Of a stretch of 64,000 nt of DNA, positions 11,032 to 22,590 are shown piece by piece. Each line of letters begins with the position of its first letter. The first letter of the stretch is position 1. Made by a program: the position numbers and the translations under genes. Source of the DNA: Camelus dromedarius (taxonomy: Eukaryota); contig NC_087436.1 of assembly GCF_036321535.1 (NCBI RefSeq), forward strand, positions 82,646,001-82,710,000. The letters run 5' to 3'. Under the pieces are notes generated by a model. That model saw nothing but the letters and a program-made list of their open reading frames with translations, was not told the DNA's origin and made no database searches.

Positions 11032-13485
11032 GGAACAGAAGTTGAAGTTCCCAGCAGTGGCCTCAGAAACAATATTACCAAAGAAACTGGGAAAGTCAAT
11101 GAAGACAAAGAGAGTAAAGGCCAAAATGGAATGATTGTGGGCAAAGGAAATGTCAAGACCCAAGGAGAGGTTGACATCACGCAAGGACTTGGCCAGAAAT
11201 CAGAACCTGGAAATAAGTTTGGACCCAGCAAAACACGTAGTGACAGTAACAGTGATGGATATGACAGTAACGAGTTTGATGAAGAATCCATGCAAGGAGA
11301 TGATCCCAACAGCAGCGATGAGTCTAATGGCAGTGAAGATGCCAATTCTGAAGGTGATAATAACCACAGTAGCCGAGGAGATGCTTCTTATAACTCTGAT
11401 GAATCAAAAGATAATGGCAGTGACAGTAACTCACAAGGAGGAGACGATGATGATCATGATAACACATCAGATGCTAATGATAGTGACAGTGATGACAATG
11501 GTAACAATGGAGGTGATGACAATGGCAAATCAGACAGCAGCAAAGATAAATCAGATGACAGTGACAGCAATGACAGTAGTGATAGCAGTGACAGCAGTGA
11601 CAACAAGTCTGACAGTAGTGACAGCAGTGATAGCAGTGACAGCAGTGACAACAAGTCTGACAGTAGTGACAGCAGCGACAGTAGTGATAGCAGTGACAGC
11701 AGTGATAGTGACAGCAAGTCAGACAGCAGTGACAGCAGTGATAGTGACAGCAAGTCAGACAGCAGTGACAGCAGTGACAGTAGTGACAGCAGCGACAGCA
11801 GTGACAGTAGTGATAGTGACAGCAAGTCAGACAGCAGTGACAGTAGCGACAGCAGTGACAGCAGTGATAGTGACAGCAAGTCAGACAGCAGTGACAGCAG
11901 TGACAGTAGTGACAGCAGCGACAGCAGTGACAGCAGTGATAGTGACAGCAAGTCAGACAGCAGTGACAGTAGCGACAGCAGTGACAGTAGTGACAGCAGT
12001 GATAGTGACAGCAAGTCAGACAGCAGTGACAGCAGCGACAGCAGTGACAGTAGTGATAGTGACAGCAAGTCAGACAGNNNNNNNNNNNNNNNNNNNNNNN
12101 NNNNNNNNNNNNNNNNNNNNNNNNNNNNNNNNNNNNNNNNNNNNNNNNNNNNNNNNNNNNNNNNNNNNNNNNNNNNNNNNNNNNNNNNNNNNNNNNNNNN
12201 NNNNNNNNGCAAGTCAGACAGCAGTGACAGTAGCGACAGCAGCAACAGCAGTGACAGTAGTGACAGCAGTGACAGCAGCAACAGCAGCGACAGCAGTGAC
12301 AGTAGTGATAGTGACAGCAAGTCAGACAGCAGTGACAGTAGCGACAGCAGCAACAGCAGTGACAGTAGTGACAGCAGTGACAGCAGCGACAGCAGTGACA
12401 GCAGTGATAGTGACAGCAAGTCAGACAGCAGTGACAGTAGCGACAGCAGTGACAGTAGTGATAGTGACAGCAAGTCAGACAGCAGTGACAGCAGCGACAG
12501 CAGCAACAGCAGTGACAGTAGTGACAGCAGTGACAGCAGCGACAGCAGTGACAGCAGTGATAGTGACAGCAAGTCAGACAGCAGTGACAGTAGCGACAGC
12601 AGTGACAGTAGTGATAGTGACAGCAAGTCAGACAGCAGTGACAGCAGTGACAGTAGCAACAGCAGTGATAGCAATGACAGCAGTGACAGTAGTGATAGTG
12701 ACAGCAAGTCAGACAGCAGTGACAGTAGTGACAGCAGTGACAGCAGTGACAGTAGCAACAGCAGTGACAGTAGCAACAGCAGTGATAGCAGTGACAGTAG
12801 TGACAGTAGTGATAGTGACAGCAAGTCAGACAGCAGTGACAGTAGTGACAGCAGTGATAGCAGTGACAGTAGCAACAGCAGTGACAGTAGCAACAGCAGT
12901 GACAGCAGTGACAGTAGTGACAGCAGTGACAGTAGCAACAGCAGTGACAGTAGCGACAGCAGCGACAGCAGTGACAGTAGTGATAGTGACAGCAAGTCAG
13001 ACAGCAGTGACAGCAGTGATAGTGACAGCAAGTCAGACAGCAGTGACAGTAGCGACAGCAGTGACAGCAGTGACAGTAGCAACAGCAGTGATAGCAGTGA
13101 CAGCAAGTCAGACAGCAGTGACAGTAGCGACAGCAGTGACAGCAGTGACAGTAGTGACAGTAGTGATAGCAGTGACAGCAAGTCAGACAGTAGTGACAGT
13201 AGTGACAGTAGTGATAGTGATAGCAGTGACAGCAATAGCAGTGACAGCAGTGATGGTGACAGTAAGTCAGACAGTAGTGACAGCAGTAATAGCAGTGACA
13301 GTAGTGAGAGCAGTGACAGCAGTAACAGCAATGACAGTGACAGTAGTGACAGCAGTGACAGTGAATCTGACAGTAGTGATGAGAGTGACAGCAAGAGCAA
13401 GCCTGGTAATGGCAACAACAGTGGAAGTGACAGTGATAGTGACAGTGAAGGCAGTGACAGTAATCACTCAACCAGTGATGATTAG
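11032..13485 (+). CDS. DSPP: DSPP exon 5 coding part (DGP plus dentin phosphoprotein, DPP)
   Basis: TTTCCGTAG|GGAACA acceptor, in frame with ORF 11131-13485; ends [13 protein letters not shown]. Full precursor ~1194 aa, DPP ~728 aa including the N-masked codons. Confidence 0.97.
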   Translation, partial: GTEVEVPSSGLRNNITKETGKVNEDKESKGQNGMIVGKGNVKTQGEVDITQGLGQKSEPGNKFGPSKTRSDSNSDGYDSNEFDEESMQGDDPNSSDESNGSEDANSEGDNNHSSRGDASYNSDESKDNGSDSNSQGGDDDDHDNTSDANDSDSDDNGNNGGDDNGKSDSSKDKSDDSDSNDSSDSSDSSDNKSDSSDSSDSSDSSDNKSDSSDSSDSSDSSDSSDSDSKSDSSDSSDSDSKSDSSDSSDSSDSSDSSDSSDSDSKSDSSDSSDSSDSSDSDSKSDSSDSSDSSDSSDSSDSSDSDSKSDSSDSSDSSDSSDSSDSDSKSDSSDSSDSSDSSDSDSKSDXXXXXXXXXXXXXXXXXXXXXXXXXXXXXXXXXXXXXXXXXXXXXKSDSSDSSDSSNSSDSSDSSDSSNSSDSSDSSDSDSKSDSSDSSDSSNSSDSSDSSDSSDSSDSSDSDSKSDSSDSSDSSDSSDSDSKSDSSDSSDSSNSSDSSDSSDSSDSSDSSDSDSKSDSSDSSDSSDSSDSDSKSDSSDSSDSSNSSDSNDSSDSSDSDSKSDSSDSSDSSDSSDSSNSSDSSNSSDSSDSSDSSDSDSKSDSSDSSDSSDSSDSSNSSDSSNSSDSSDSSDSSDSSNSSDSSDSSDSSDSSDSDSKSDSSDSSDSDSKSDSSDSSDSSDSSDSSNSSDSSDSKSDSSDSSDSSDSSDSSDSSDSSDSKSDSSDSSDSSDSDSSDSNSSDSSDGDSKSDSSDSSNSSDSSESSDSSNSNDSDSSDSSDSESDSSDESDSKSKPGNGNNSGSDSDSDSEGSDSNHSTSDD
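11290..11307 (+). other. DSPP: BMP1/tolloid cleavage motif MQG|DDP releasing DPP
   Basis: ATG CAA GGA GAT GAT CCC in frame; established conserved DSPP processing site. Confidence 0.93.
11374..11382 (+). other. DSPP: RGD integrin-binding motif of DPP (SSRGDASY)
   Basis: CGA GGA GAT in frame. Confidence 0.93.
11557..13392 (+). repeat. DSPP: Coding tandem repeat of DPP: 9-bp (GAC AGY AGY)n array punctuated by AGC AAG TCA GAC (SKSD)
   Basis: Seen directly; interrupted by the N-run 12078-12208. Confidence 0.97.
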
Positions 13486-13760
13486 AACTAAAGAAAAACC
13501 CATGAGATTCCTTTTGTGAAAAATCTGGTGAGTAATTGATAGGAAATAAAGATTTCCAGGGAAGTAGAGAAAGGGGAGAAATACACAGAAGACATATGTA
13601 AACATCCACATATCCCAGAAACGACGAGAGAAATAGTCAAACTGTCAGATTCAGAACCAAGTGCCAACACCTTCAGAGAGAGAATCTGACTGTGTACATG
13701 TATGTTAAATATGTCCTGAAAAGATCTTGTTAAAAGTATAAACATAAACATAAATTAACA

Positions 13761-13766
13761 ATTAAA
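13761..13766 (+). terminator. DSPP: DSPP polyadenylation signal ATTAAA (cleavage ~13790)
   Basis: ACAATTAAAATATTCTTTAATACTTTACACAGAA resembles the recalled 3' end of DSPP mRNA. Confidence 0.7.
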
Positions 13767-14690
13767 ATATTCTTTAATACTTTACACAGAAACCTCAAGT
13801 AATCACTTACTCAATAACTTCAAGTGCCAAGTGCTTTAGAGAACGTAGCAGGTAAACACATCTTATAAACAACCTGTGGCATTGCCTTAATCAGTCAGTA
13901 ATTATATGTCCTGGATAGATGGTCTGCATACTGCTGAGTAAAAGATGCTGTTACCATGATATCCAGCTTGGTTATAACTAATATGCTTGTTCTAAGAACA
14001 AAATACACTTGTAATATGAAAAAAGAATTGCAGCAACAATTTAACCTACCTGGACCATAGGAATAATCTCTGTAATTAGTGAATAGAGTAATTACAAATT
14101 ATGGAAATTCTAAACAGTGCTAGTCAGAAAAGAATTCAGAGGCCGGTTTATACAACAAAATTTCACATGTAGTATCACATTCCTGCAAACTGCTGGAAAC
14201 GTAGCGTGAAGCCCCTGAAACTATTGACAAAACTGAATCAGTGCTTAGAACATGTCTTGCCTCCAGTTGGCACTCTCCAACAATTAATACATAAATGAAC
14301 TCATGAATGAAGGACTCTTGGAAGGGGTGCAATTTTGAACTCTCTGCTCAGAACTCTGTTAAATGGAGTCAATTATTTGTCTTCAACCTCAGTCTCACCA
14401 AGTCAAACTTGGTTCACACTTGCCCTTTAAACCCCTACATGTCAAAATTTCCAAATCAGACCCTGAGGCTCCCTTCTCACTATTAATCTCTTTAACAAAT
14501 CCAACAGTTGCCAGTGGGTGATGCATTGGAAACTACCCATTTTTATTTGAGAGTCATACATGTAGCTAAAATCTGAACATAGTTTCTTCAGATTTTGCAT
14601 GAATGAGGTTAATTCTTAGTTTTGAGTTGAAGCCCTAACCCTAGAACATGAGGATCTTAAAGGTGCATGAGGCTAGAGTGTAATATTTAA

Positions 14691-14818
14691 TAGGGCGGAG
14701 ATATAACCTATTGCCCAAGCTAGGATACACCTGAGAGTGAAAGGGGTGTTATGAGTAATTACGTGGGGACAAGAGGTGTAAATTGGACGTCTGGGGACTC
14801 TGGGAGTGACCATAGCCA
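14691..14818 (+). mobile_element. hAT-Blackjack MITE (MER81-like)
   Basis: TGAGAGTGAAAGGGGTGTTAT...TAATTACG..GGACAAGAGGTGTAAA resembles the MER81 core. Confidence 0.55.
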
Positions 14819-15494
14819 TAAGCCTTTAGGGTATTATTCAAGATTTAGTAGTAAGAATTCATTAATTTTCCTTTTTCCACTCGGATGATTATTTTAGATT
14901 TGTTCTAATTCAAAGACAAAATTCTATATGGCGAAGTTTTGAATGCAACTTCTTTAATGTTAATTTTCAACCAGTCATTAATTTATGTCCTAATATTAGG
15001 CATATTTTACACAAAGAGTTTCAGTAGGCTTTTCCCCCACCTCCTTCCTACTTTATGCAAGTTTCTTAGTTAAGAGGTTAATATTGCAAGGAATATTGCT
15101 GAAGGCTTTAAAAAATACTGCTATTTAGAAACTACTTGGTAACTCATAATACTGTAAAATTTCAGGTTTCTGCTATATCACAGTCATGTAAATGACTCCA
15201 AACTTCTTTCTTTAAAATATGCTCTAGATTTTTAACTCCTTTAGGCTTCAGGGTTTTTTGTTTTTTTCCAATTTGTTAAGTGTGGCTTCTAGTAACTGTC
15301 CCACCTGTTGCAAAAGGTTGTTGTGAGCACTAAATCAGGCATTGAATGTGACACTCTTTGTAAATTATATAAGATATATAAATGAGAAAGATAATGAATT
15401 TTGGTGCTATAATAAACATCTATTTATATGACTGTTCACAAGAAAAACTCCCTTCAACTTGATGAGTTTGTGAGTACTTACTTCCTCCAGCATA

Positions 15495-15870
15495 TTTTTA
15501 AAAATTAACTATTTTGAATTGAAAAAGTAATATATGTATATACACAAAATAAAAATTTCAAACACTATGAAGAGGTGTACAAAAATATTAAATCTCTATC
15601 ACTCCAGACTCCCAGGCCTCTATTTCTCTTCCAAAGAGGCAATTCCCATTATTAATAACTTGTGGAACTTTCCAGAAATAGTCTATGCACATATAAACAC
15701 ATATGTGTTTTAAAAACACATGGAAGTCTACTATACACATGTGCTTAACTTACTCTTTTTAACCTAAGACTATACCTTGAATACCGGTTCATTACACGCA
15801 GACTGACCTTTTTTTCACAGGTGTGTTGTATTTCCTTTTGTGAAATGCCTTAGATATTTAATCTGTCCCT
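15495..15870 (-). mobile_element. L1ME-type 3' end fragment
   Basis: TTGAAAAAGTAATATATG...TTTCCAGAAATAGTCTATGCACATATAAACA is typical of L1ME tails. Confidence 0.65.
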
Positions 15871-16869
15871 TTTTCTATCACTTTCTTAGCCATTTCTAGT
15901 CCAATGAGAGCCTCTGCAAGTGTCATCTGAATCAAGCTGGATGAATTTCCAGCCAGTTCTTATAAAGGCTTCACCTTAAAAAGTGTTTCTGAGGGTGGAG
16001 GAGATAGAAACAATGAAGGAAGACTACAATCCTGTTTTTCCTGTGTAATCATATCTGCATTGACCTCTGGACCTTGAAGGCAAAAATAGAGACACTCCAA
16101 AAGAACATCGCAAGAGTAGTTCCTTTGAACACAAGAAGTCCAGTACTGGAAAACAAAATTGGGGCTTTTAGGTTCTTTTCTGGAGTAAAGATTAATGAAC
16201 TATCTGCTAACATTGCCCATGAGAGCAATATTTTTTAAACCTCTGGTGGCCACTCATTTAGTAGATCATGATATCAGTTTAGTGACTCATGACCAACGTT
16301 TTCTAAAATGAAAGAATAAAAAAGAAAAAAACTTTAGTGCATTATATGTAGTGTTTTGTGAGACTCGACGATATCTCTATTTACATACGTACACAAATAT
16401 ATATGCATATACTGTTGGTTGCAGTAAAAAAGATGTGAAAGCCATTGGTTTAGAAAAGCGTTATAAAACGTTAATACTGCTAGTAGTCACTTTGTATTTA
16501 CTTTTCACATTCACTTTTCTCCTTACAAAGCTCTTAAGTTTCTTTCCCACTTTGGAAGTGGTAGTTAAAAATAATAGTGATATATGTGTGGAGGAGTGGG
16601 GCGAGAGTGGTTGGGGGGATGGGTTTCTGTGCTACAGTAAAAGAGCTAAGGTAACACTGCCATCTTTTGAACAAGAGGCTATCATGATGGTGCTGGAGAT
16701 TATTGGGAATTCAAGATTTCTTTTTTGGTTGTGTAGGTTACTCCATGTAGACTGAAGATGCATGACTTTAAAATTGGCTCTCAGAGATCATCTTACCCTT
16801 CCCACCTGACCCAGGATTTCCTTCTGCACCTGCTCATACCACAAATCAAGAAATGTAGTAAGGTGTTTT

Positions 16870-16898
16870 TTGTTGTTGTTGTTGTTGTTGTTGTCGTT
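16870..16898. repeat. (TTG)n microsatellite
   Basis: About 8-9 TTG/GTT units, seen directly. Confidence 0.9.
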
Positions 16899-17995
16899 AT
16901 AAAATCTATTTCTTAAAATAGATTATAAAAAGACTAAAGAGTCCATACCTCACCATATAAATACATCTAAAATTATTAATTGGAATGGAATTTCCCAGAA
17001 GTCAAACTTGCTTTATCGTTTGTAATGGAAGTTCTGAAAAACTTTTAGACCAAAATAACTAGGAACAATTTTCCTTTCCCTAAAAGGAGCAGGAACAGAA
17101 TAGAACAGTTTAGTCACAGATTAAAATATCATTGTGTTCTCACGGTGATCCATTCACTGCCACTTGCAAGCAAATCCTCTAGAGATTGAAACAAGCCAAC
17201 AACTCAATGTTCCCAACCTCTCCAACCTCTCGCCTCTGAACAGGGATCTTGGGTTTATATGCTAAAAAAAGAAAAAGAAAAATAGAATCAATTCCTACGG
17301 AGTACCCATGTAGCTGAGAAAACAATGTAAAGTAAAGATCACCAATACATTAATCTCAATGTGTTTTCCATTGGTTTGCACAGTCTCAAATCTAGTATGA
17401 AACACTGCATTTCCAGAGAGCTTTATCATAAGGTGCTTCCCTTCCTCCCCTGTCCATTATTTTGGGCTTTGCCACTAGCTATATCCCTCCCTCCTTTACT
17501 CTTTCCTTTTTTTCCCTCTCCTTTATGGAGAGGAAGTGTCTGTGGGGAGGAAATACTTTGCCCTTTGCAGAATTTAATTCCTAGGCGTCTCCCCATGTGA
17601 GGTCCGAGTCAAACCCCCTAGTCAGGAGTTGCTGTGCTTGAATTACATCACTAGCTCTTTTGCCTGCTTCCAAGATTTCAGTCACAACCACCTGGGTCCT
17701 AGCTCCTACCTCGCTGGTACTTTCCTCAGTTGAAACCACTGAATCTTCCTTGCTATCCTAACTCCATCTCCCTGTTTTCAGATCAATCTGAACTGAAGGC
17801 AGAAAATGCTCAGGCTATAACAGACCAACACTTAGGCTTGGTACACAAGCACATTTACTTCTTGTCTTATCCTGATAACCCGATTCTCTTATATGGATTC
17901 TTACCTTGTCCCCAAGTGACAATGCCTGTTGATCTTTCTAACTGGGTTTCTGCGTAGCTCCCTCATCTTATTTTAGCATGTATACTGATTAGAAT

Positions 17996-18618
17996 TGTCC
18001 CAGCCCAATCAGCCTAAGATGACCAGAAAGCAAACCTACTGTCTGACACAATCAGGCTTCGCAACCCAATGCAAGGAAGGAGACTGCTCACAGGAGCAAC
18101 CTTGGGAGTCTCAGCAAAGGAAAAGATAGAACTATTATAGGATGTTGGGAAAGGGTGGAACTGAGGTGATATTTAAATGAAGCAGTGACTTAAAGGGGTC
18201 AGTATTAAGTTTGGACTGTGAAGTAGACCCAGGCTCCTGTGTCCTTGGAAAGTACAAAGGTGGATGTGGACTGTTGTATCTGAATCTCTGAACCTGGGTG
18301 TTAAATTGAGACTGAATCTCTGTGTCAAATTACCTTAAACCTAGGCAAGGGTAGAGTGTTTTACTTTTACTGATACGATTTTAAACAGAAAAATCTCTGA
18401 TAACCTATGATTTTAGAGAATAAAATTTCTCAGTGATGAATAACGCAGGAGTCATTCAAAGTAGGAGGTTGCTGTGACAATTTACAGCTTCAGTATCCTT
18501 GAAAGAGAGGCTGTTTTCTGTTACATATGCAGCTGGCTTTATCTGTGTCTGTTATTCCAGTCTGACAAAGGGTGGGTAGATTTTTAACTCTCAGTCCAAG
18601 CTAATTTTTACTTTCTCA
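17996..18618 (-). mobile_element. Probable solo ERV LTR (family uncertain)
   Basis: Antisense TG...CA termini (TGAGAAAGTAAAAATTAGC...GGGACA); no TSD seen. Confidence 0.45.
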
Positions 18619-19983
18619 GGAGGTGTGTTTCTGCTAAAACCCAAACTCTGCTTATCTTGCTAGTCTTTTTCCTAAATTCTGGCAGAACTTCCAGATACCT
18701 GTCTGTTCCTTAAACATTGCCCATTCCAGATCACCACCTGTGGGAATTTGCATCTTTTTTGCTGATTACTCTCTGTACCCTGAACACATATTGTCATTTC
18801 TTCTTGGTCCTAGTGTTTTGCACACAGATTTCTTTCCTGTTTAAACCCTGCAGGATGGCATAACTCCTCGACTGCCATTTCTCATGGAGACAGGGAGGTC
18901 CATGTTTCTATTCCATTCTGCTACTGAGTCCACCATAATTGGTCAAGTTCTGGTATTTCACAGTTCCCATCCCTAAAATGAATTTGAGTTCTCTTCTGGA
19001 ATTGAGGTTGCTGGACACTAACTTTGTAGATGTTTCCTTTCCTAGAAATCTCTCTGACTTCGGTTTTCTGAAGTTTGATATATTTTGACATATTTCTGAA
19101 ATTCGACATACTTCTCCTCGCCTTTGTTGATTTGTCTGGACAAACCAAGAGCATGATGTTTATTACTGGTTCTGGGTTTTATTTTTCTTTAAGGTTCAAC
19201 TCATCTCCCTTCATTATTGTTGGGACTGCATTTCATTTTCAAGAATGTAAATGAGGAATGTAGCCATTTAGTTCAACCAAGGGATCTTATCACAGTCCTC
19301 TTTTCCATTCTGACTAAACTGAAAACAAATAAAATAAGCAACCCCCCAAAAAACAATCAGAAAAACAAATTTACAATATTCTTCATGGCTCTACACTTTA
19401 GAAAGAGTCAGACTGCCATCTTGAAACAAAATGGCCATTGATAAGTAAACTTACCCTAGACTTACCAGATAGGAAAACAACAGCTCGATAATATTAGAGT
19501 TGTGTATAAATTAAATTTAGTCACATGCTTTACTACCTATCTTCAGAGGAGTGTTTGATGGAGAAATATCTCGATCCAGAATGTCTATCGCTAGGATTTT
19601 GGCAGTATCATTGCCAATTCTAGCTTTTTATAGCTTTTGAAATAATCTCATCAACCTACAGATATTTACAGTATTCATTTCACTGCTAATCAGTGGAGTT
19701 GTTATTAACTGTTCAGAATTACAGAAATTTAGAGTAAGCATTTATAACCTTTATAACAACTTCACATTGCTATGAAATTCAAATGTGATCATTTTTCTAA
19801 TAATTNNNNNNNNNNNNNNNNNNNNNNNNNNNNNNNNNNNNNNNNNNNNNNNNNNNNNNNNNNNNNNNNNNNNNNNNNNNNNNNNNNNNNNNNNNNNNNN
19901 NNNNNNNNNNNNNNNNNNNNNNNNNNNNNNNNNNNNNNNNNNNNNNNNNNNNNNNNNNNNNNNNNNNNNNNNNNNNNNNNNNN

Positions 19984-22315
19984 AGAGTTAGTCAGTTGAT
20001 CGACTGAAACAAGTACCAAAAGGTGGCTCACAGTGAGCAGACTGGAAATGGCTGACCTCTCTTGGTTTAATGTAGAGGAAGGGATTCAGAGACTTAGAGA
20101 AATAGTGATATTAGAGTGGATTTGTCATTTCAGACCTACTCACCTACACTGGGAAAGTCCAGAAGACATACCTCTCTTCAATACTTTGAGAAATAAATTT
20201 GTGAAGGCAGCTCCAGCATCACTGAAGAACTCCATGATCGCTCTTCTTGTAAGCCAGACTTTACAGTGAGAACCTGATATTCAATTTGAATAACTAAATG
20301 TAATGGGGAGGGGGGTGGGTAACTGGATCCTGGGGTGGCAGGGGCCAAGTGGTGACCCTCAACCTCCAAAGGCAAGTTGAGTGTGGTTACCATAACAGAT
20401 AGCAGAGTTAAAACAGCAATCAGACTATTCTGACTTGGACAGATCTATGGTATTGGCTAGTTCATCATGGTGTTCCTAGAAATGAAATAGATGGAGAACG
20501 CACTAAATTCTTGTTTTATCTATATAAGCAGAAAAATTCTATGTCAAGAAAATAAAAGTCTAACTCAAGTGGTAAAAACCGAGAGTTACAGTCCCTCAGT
20601 CAATTCCCAGACTTGAGACAGTTTACAGATCCAGAATTCCTTGAAAGAAGCAGAGGCTGGGTCCTTTTGAGGCAGAATCTTGTGCAGTACTGAAAATTTA
20701 TATTATTAATATTTATTTCAGCTTCTCCAAATGGGACCTATGGCCTTTTATCAGGATAACTTTACCTCATGTGGAAAAGGGAATAATCAGACCTTGCAGG
20801 GACTACTGGATACTGGCTCTGAACTGACACTAATACAGGAGACCCCAAATGTCACTGTGGGGCCCCCAGTCAGAATAGGGGTTTAGGGAGCTCAGGTAAT
20901 TGGTGGAATTTTAGCACAAGTCCATCTCAAAGTGGGTCTAGTGGGTCCCAAAACCCATCCTGCTGTTATTTCCCCAATTGCAGAGTGCATAATTGAAGTA
21001 GACACACTTAGCAGCTGACAGAATCCTTATACCCATTTCCTGACTTGTGGAGTAAGGAGTATTATGGTGAGAAAGGTCAAGTGAAAGCATTAGAACTGGC
21101 TCTACCTAGAAAAATAGTAAATCACAAGTGATACTGCTTTTTCTGGAGGATTTACAGAGATTAGTGCCACCATCAGGGACTTGAAATGTGCAAGGGTAGT
21201 GACTCCTACCACATTCCCATTCAGCTCTCCTATTGGCCTGTGCAGAAGTTAGCTGGATCCTGGAGAATGATAGTGGGTTATTGTAAACTTAACTAGGTGG
21301 TGACTCCAATTGTAGCTGCTGTACTAGATGCAGTTTCATTGCTTGAGCAAATTAACTGGTAACTGGTATGCAACATTGATCTGGCAAATGCCTTTTTTCC
21401 ATCTTGTCCATAAAGACCCCTAGAAGCCAGGATTTATGAGTCTAGTGAGCAAGGAGTGAAAATTGTAGTGGCACCACTCACTATTATCCCAAGTGATCCA
21501 TCAGCAACATTTTTGCTCCTTGTTTCTGTGACTTTATGCTTTGCTGACCCGGAGGTCTTAGTTCCAGAGGGAAAACTCAACAATGATTCCATTGAAGTGG
21601 AAGTTAATCCTTCCATCTGGCCACTTGGAGCTCCTCATGCCTCTGAAACAACAGGTTAAGAAGAGAATTATGCTGTTGGCTGGATGACTGATCATGATTA
21701 CCAAGNNNNNNNNNNNNNNNNNNNNNNNNNNNNNNNNNNNNNNNNNNNNNNNNNNNNNNNNNNNNNNNNNNNNNNNNNNNNNNNNNNNNNNNNNNNNNNN
21801 NNNNNNNNNNNNNNNNNNNNNNNNNNNNNNNNNNNNNNNNNNNNNNNNNNNNNNNNNNNNNNNNNNNNNNNNNNNNNNNNNNNNNNNNNNNNNNNNNNNN
21901 NNNNNNNNNNNNNNNNNNNNNNNNNNNNNNNNNNNNNNNNNNNNNNNNNNNNNNNAGAAGTAGAAGAAAATAGTTACAAATACCAACTGTGACCACATGA
22001 CCAGTTACATAAATGAGGACTGTAATTGTTATGAGCATTTCCTCCTTATTTTGTCATGAGTACATTTGTGTGTCTGTATGTCTGTCTATCTATCTATCTA
22101 TCTCAAATATCTTTATTTTTTTCCTTATTTCCTATCATGTAACATAGGATGTATTGACCTTATAACAGTATTTAAGCATTGTTAATTTTACATCATGAGA
22201 CTTCTCAGTCTCCATAATCATGTGCCTATTCTTATAATATATCTGTATCTATATCTCTTATGTATTTCTACATATCCTGTTGGTTCTGTTTCTCTGGTGA
22301 ACCCTATCTAATACA
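19984..22315 (+). mobile_element. Degenerate ERVL provirus (gag, protease, partial RT, dUTPase, partial MLT2 3' LTR)
   Basis: gag LEMADLSWFNVEEGIQRLREI (20033-20269); protease LLDTGSELTLI (from 20803); RT IDLANAF (~21375); dUTPase-like region (21456-21705); MLT2 end CTGTTGGTTCTGTTTCTCTGGTGAACCCTATCTAATACA (22315). Many stops and frameshifts. Confidence 0.9.
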
Positions 22316-22404
22316 ATGGGTGGTGACAAGGCATGAGTATGCCTGAAGTATTGGATTCATAGAGAAATTACAGAAAAGATGATGAAATGGAGAGATAAGA
22401 AGTA

Positions 22405-22519
22405 CAGTTGAACCTTGAACAACATGGGTTTGAACTGTGTAGTTCTACTTATACACAGATATTTTTTTCAATAAATACTATGATACTGCATGATACCCAG
22501 TTATTTAAATCCACAGATA
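22405..22519 (+). mobile_element. Tigger2-family DNA transposon 5' part
   Basis: TA|CAGTTGAACCTTGAACAACATGGGTTTGAACTG...TTTTTTCAATAAATAC. Confidence 0.75.
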
Positions 22520-22590
22520 CTTTGGGTAGTATGGCCATTTTAGCAATGTTGATTCTCCCAATCCAGGAGCATGGGATATCTTTCCATTTT
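22520..22590 (-). mobile_element. Isolated L1 ORF2 internal fragment
   Basis: Antisense translation [22 protein letters not shown] is a hallmark L1 ORF2 peptide. Confidence 0.85.

Noticed and set aside
11557-13392. Regular repeat with recurring spacers resembling a CRISPR array
   Set aside because: Eukaryotic in-frame coding repeat; the spacers are not unique and there are no cas genes.
11454-13609. Long antisense ORFs (654 aa Leu/Ser-rich; 711 aa Cys/His-rich, metallothionein-looking)
   Set aside because: They are the reverse complement of the GAC-AGY-AGY array, which has almost no antisense stops; no independent promoter or splice evidence.
14626-14645. CCCTAACCCTAG telomere-like motif
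   Set aside because: Fewer than two full units; expected by chance.
16351-16755. 134-aa ORF with a hydrophobic stretch
   Set aside because: GTG start, AT-rich low-complexity origin, no recognisable homology or splice structure.
19772-20031. ORFs spanning N-runs (here and at 21558-22038, 27047-27298, 30062-30464, 62474-63547)
   Set aside because: Length is an artefact of Ns being read as non-stop codons.
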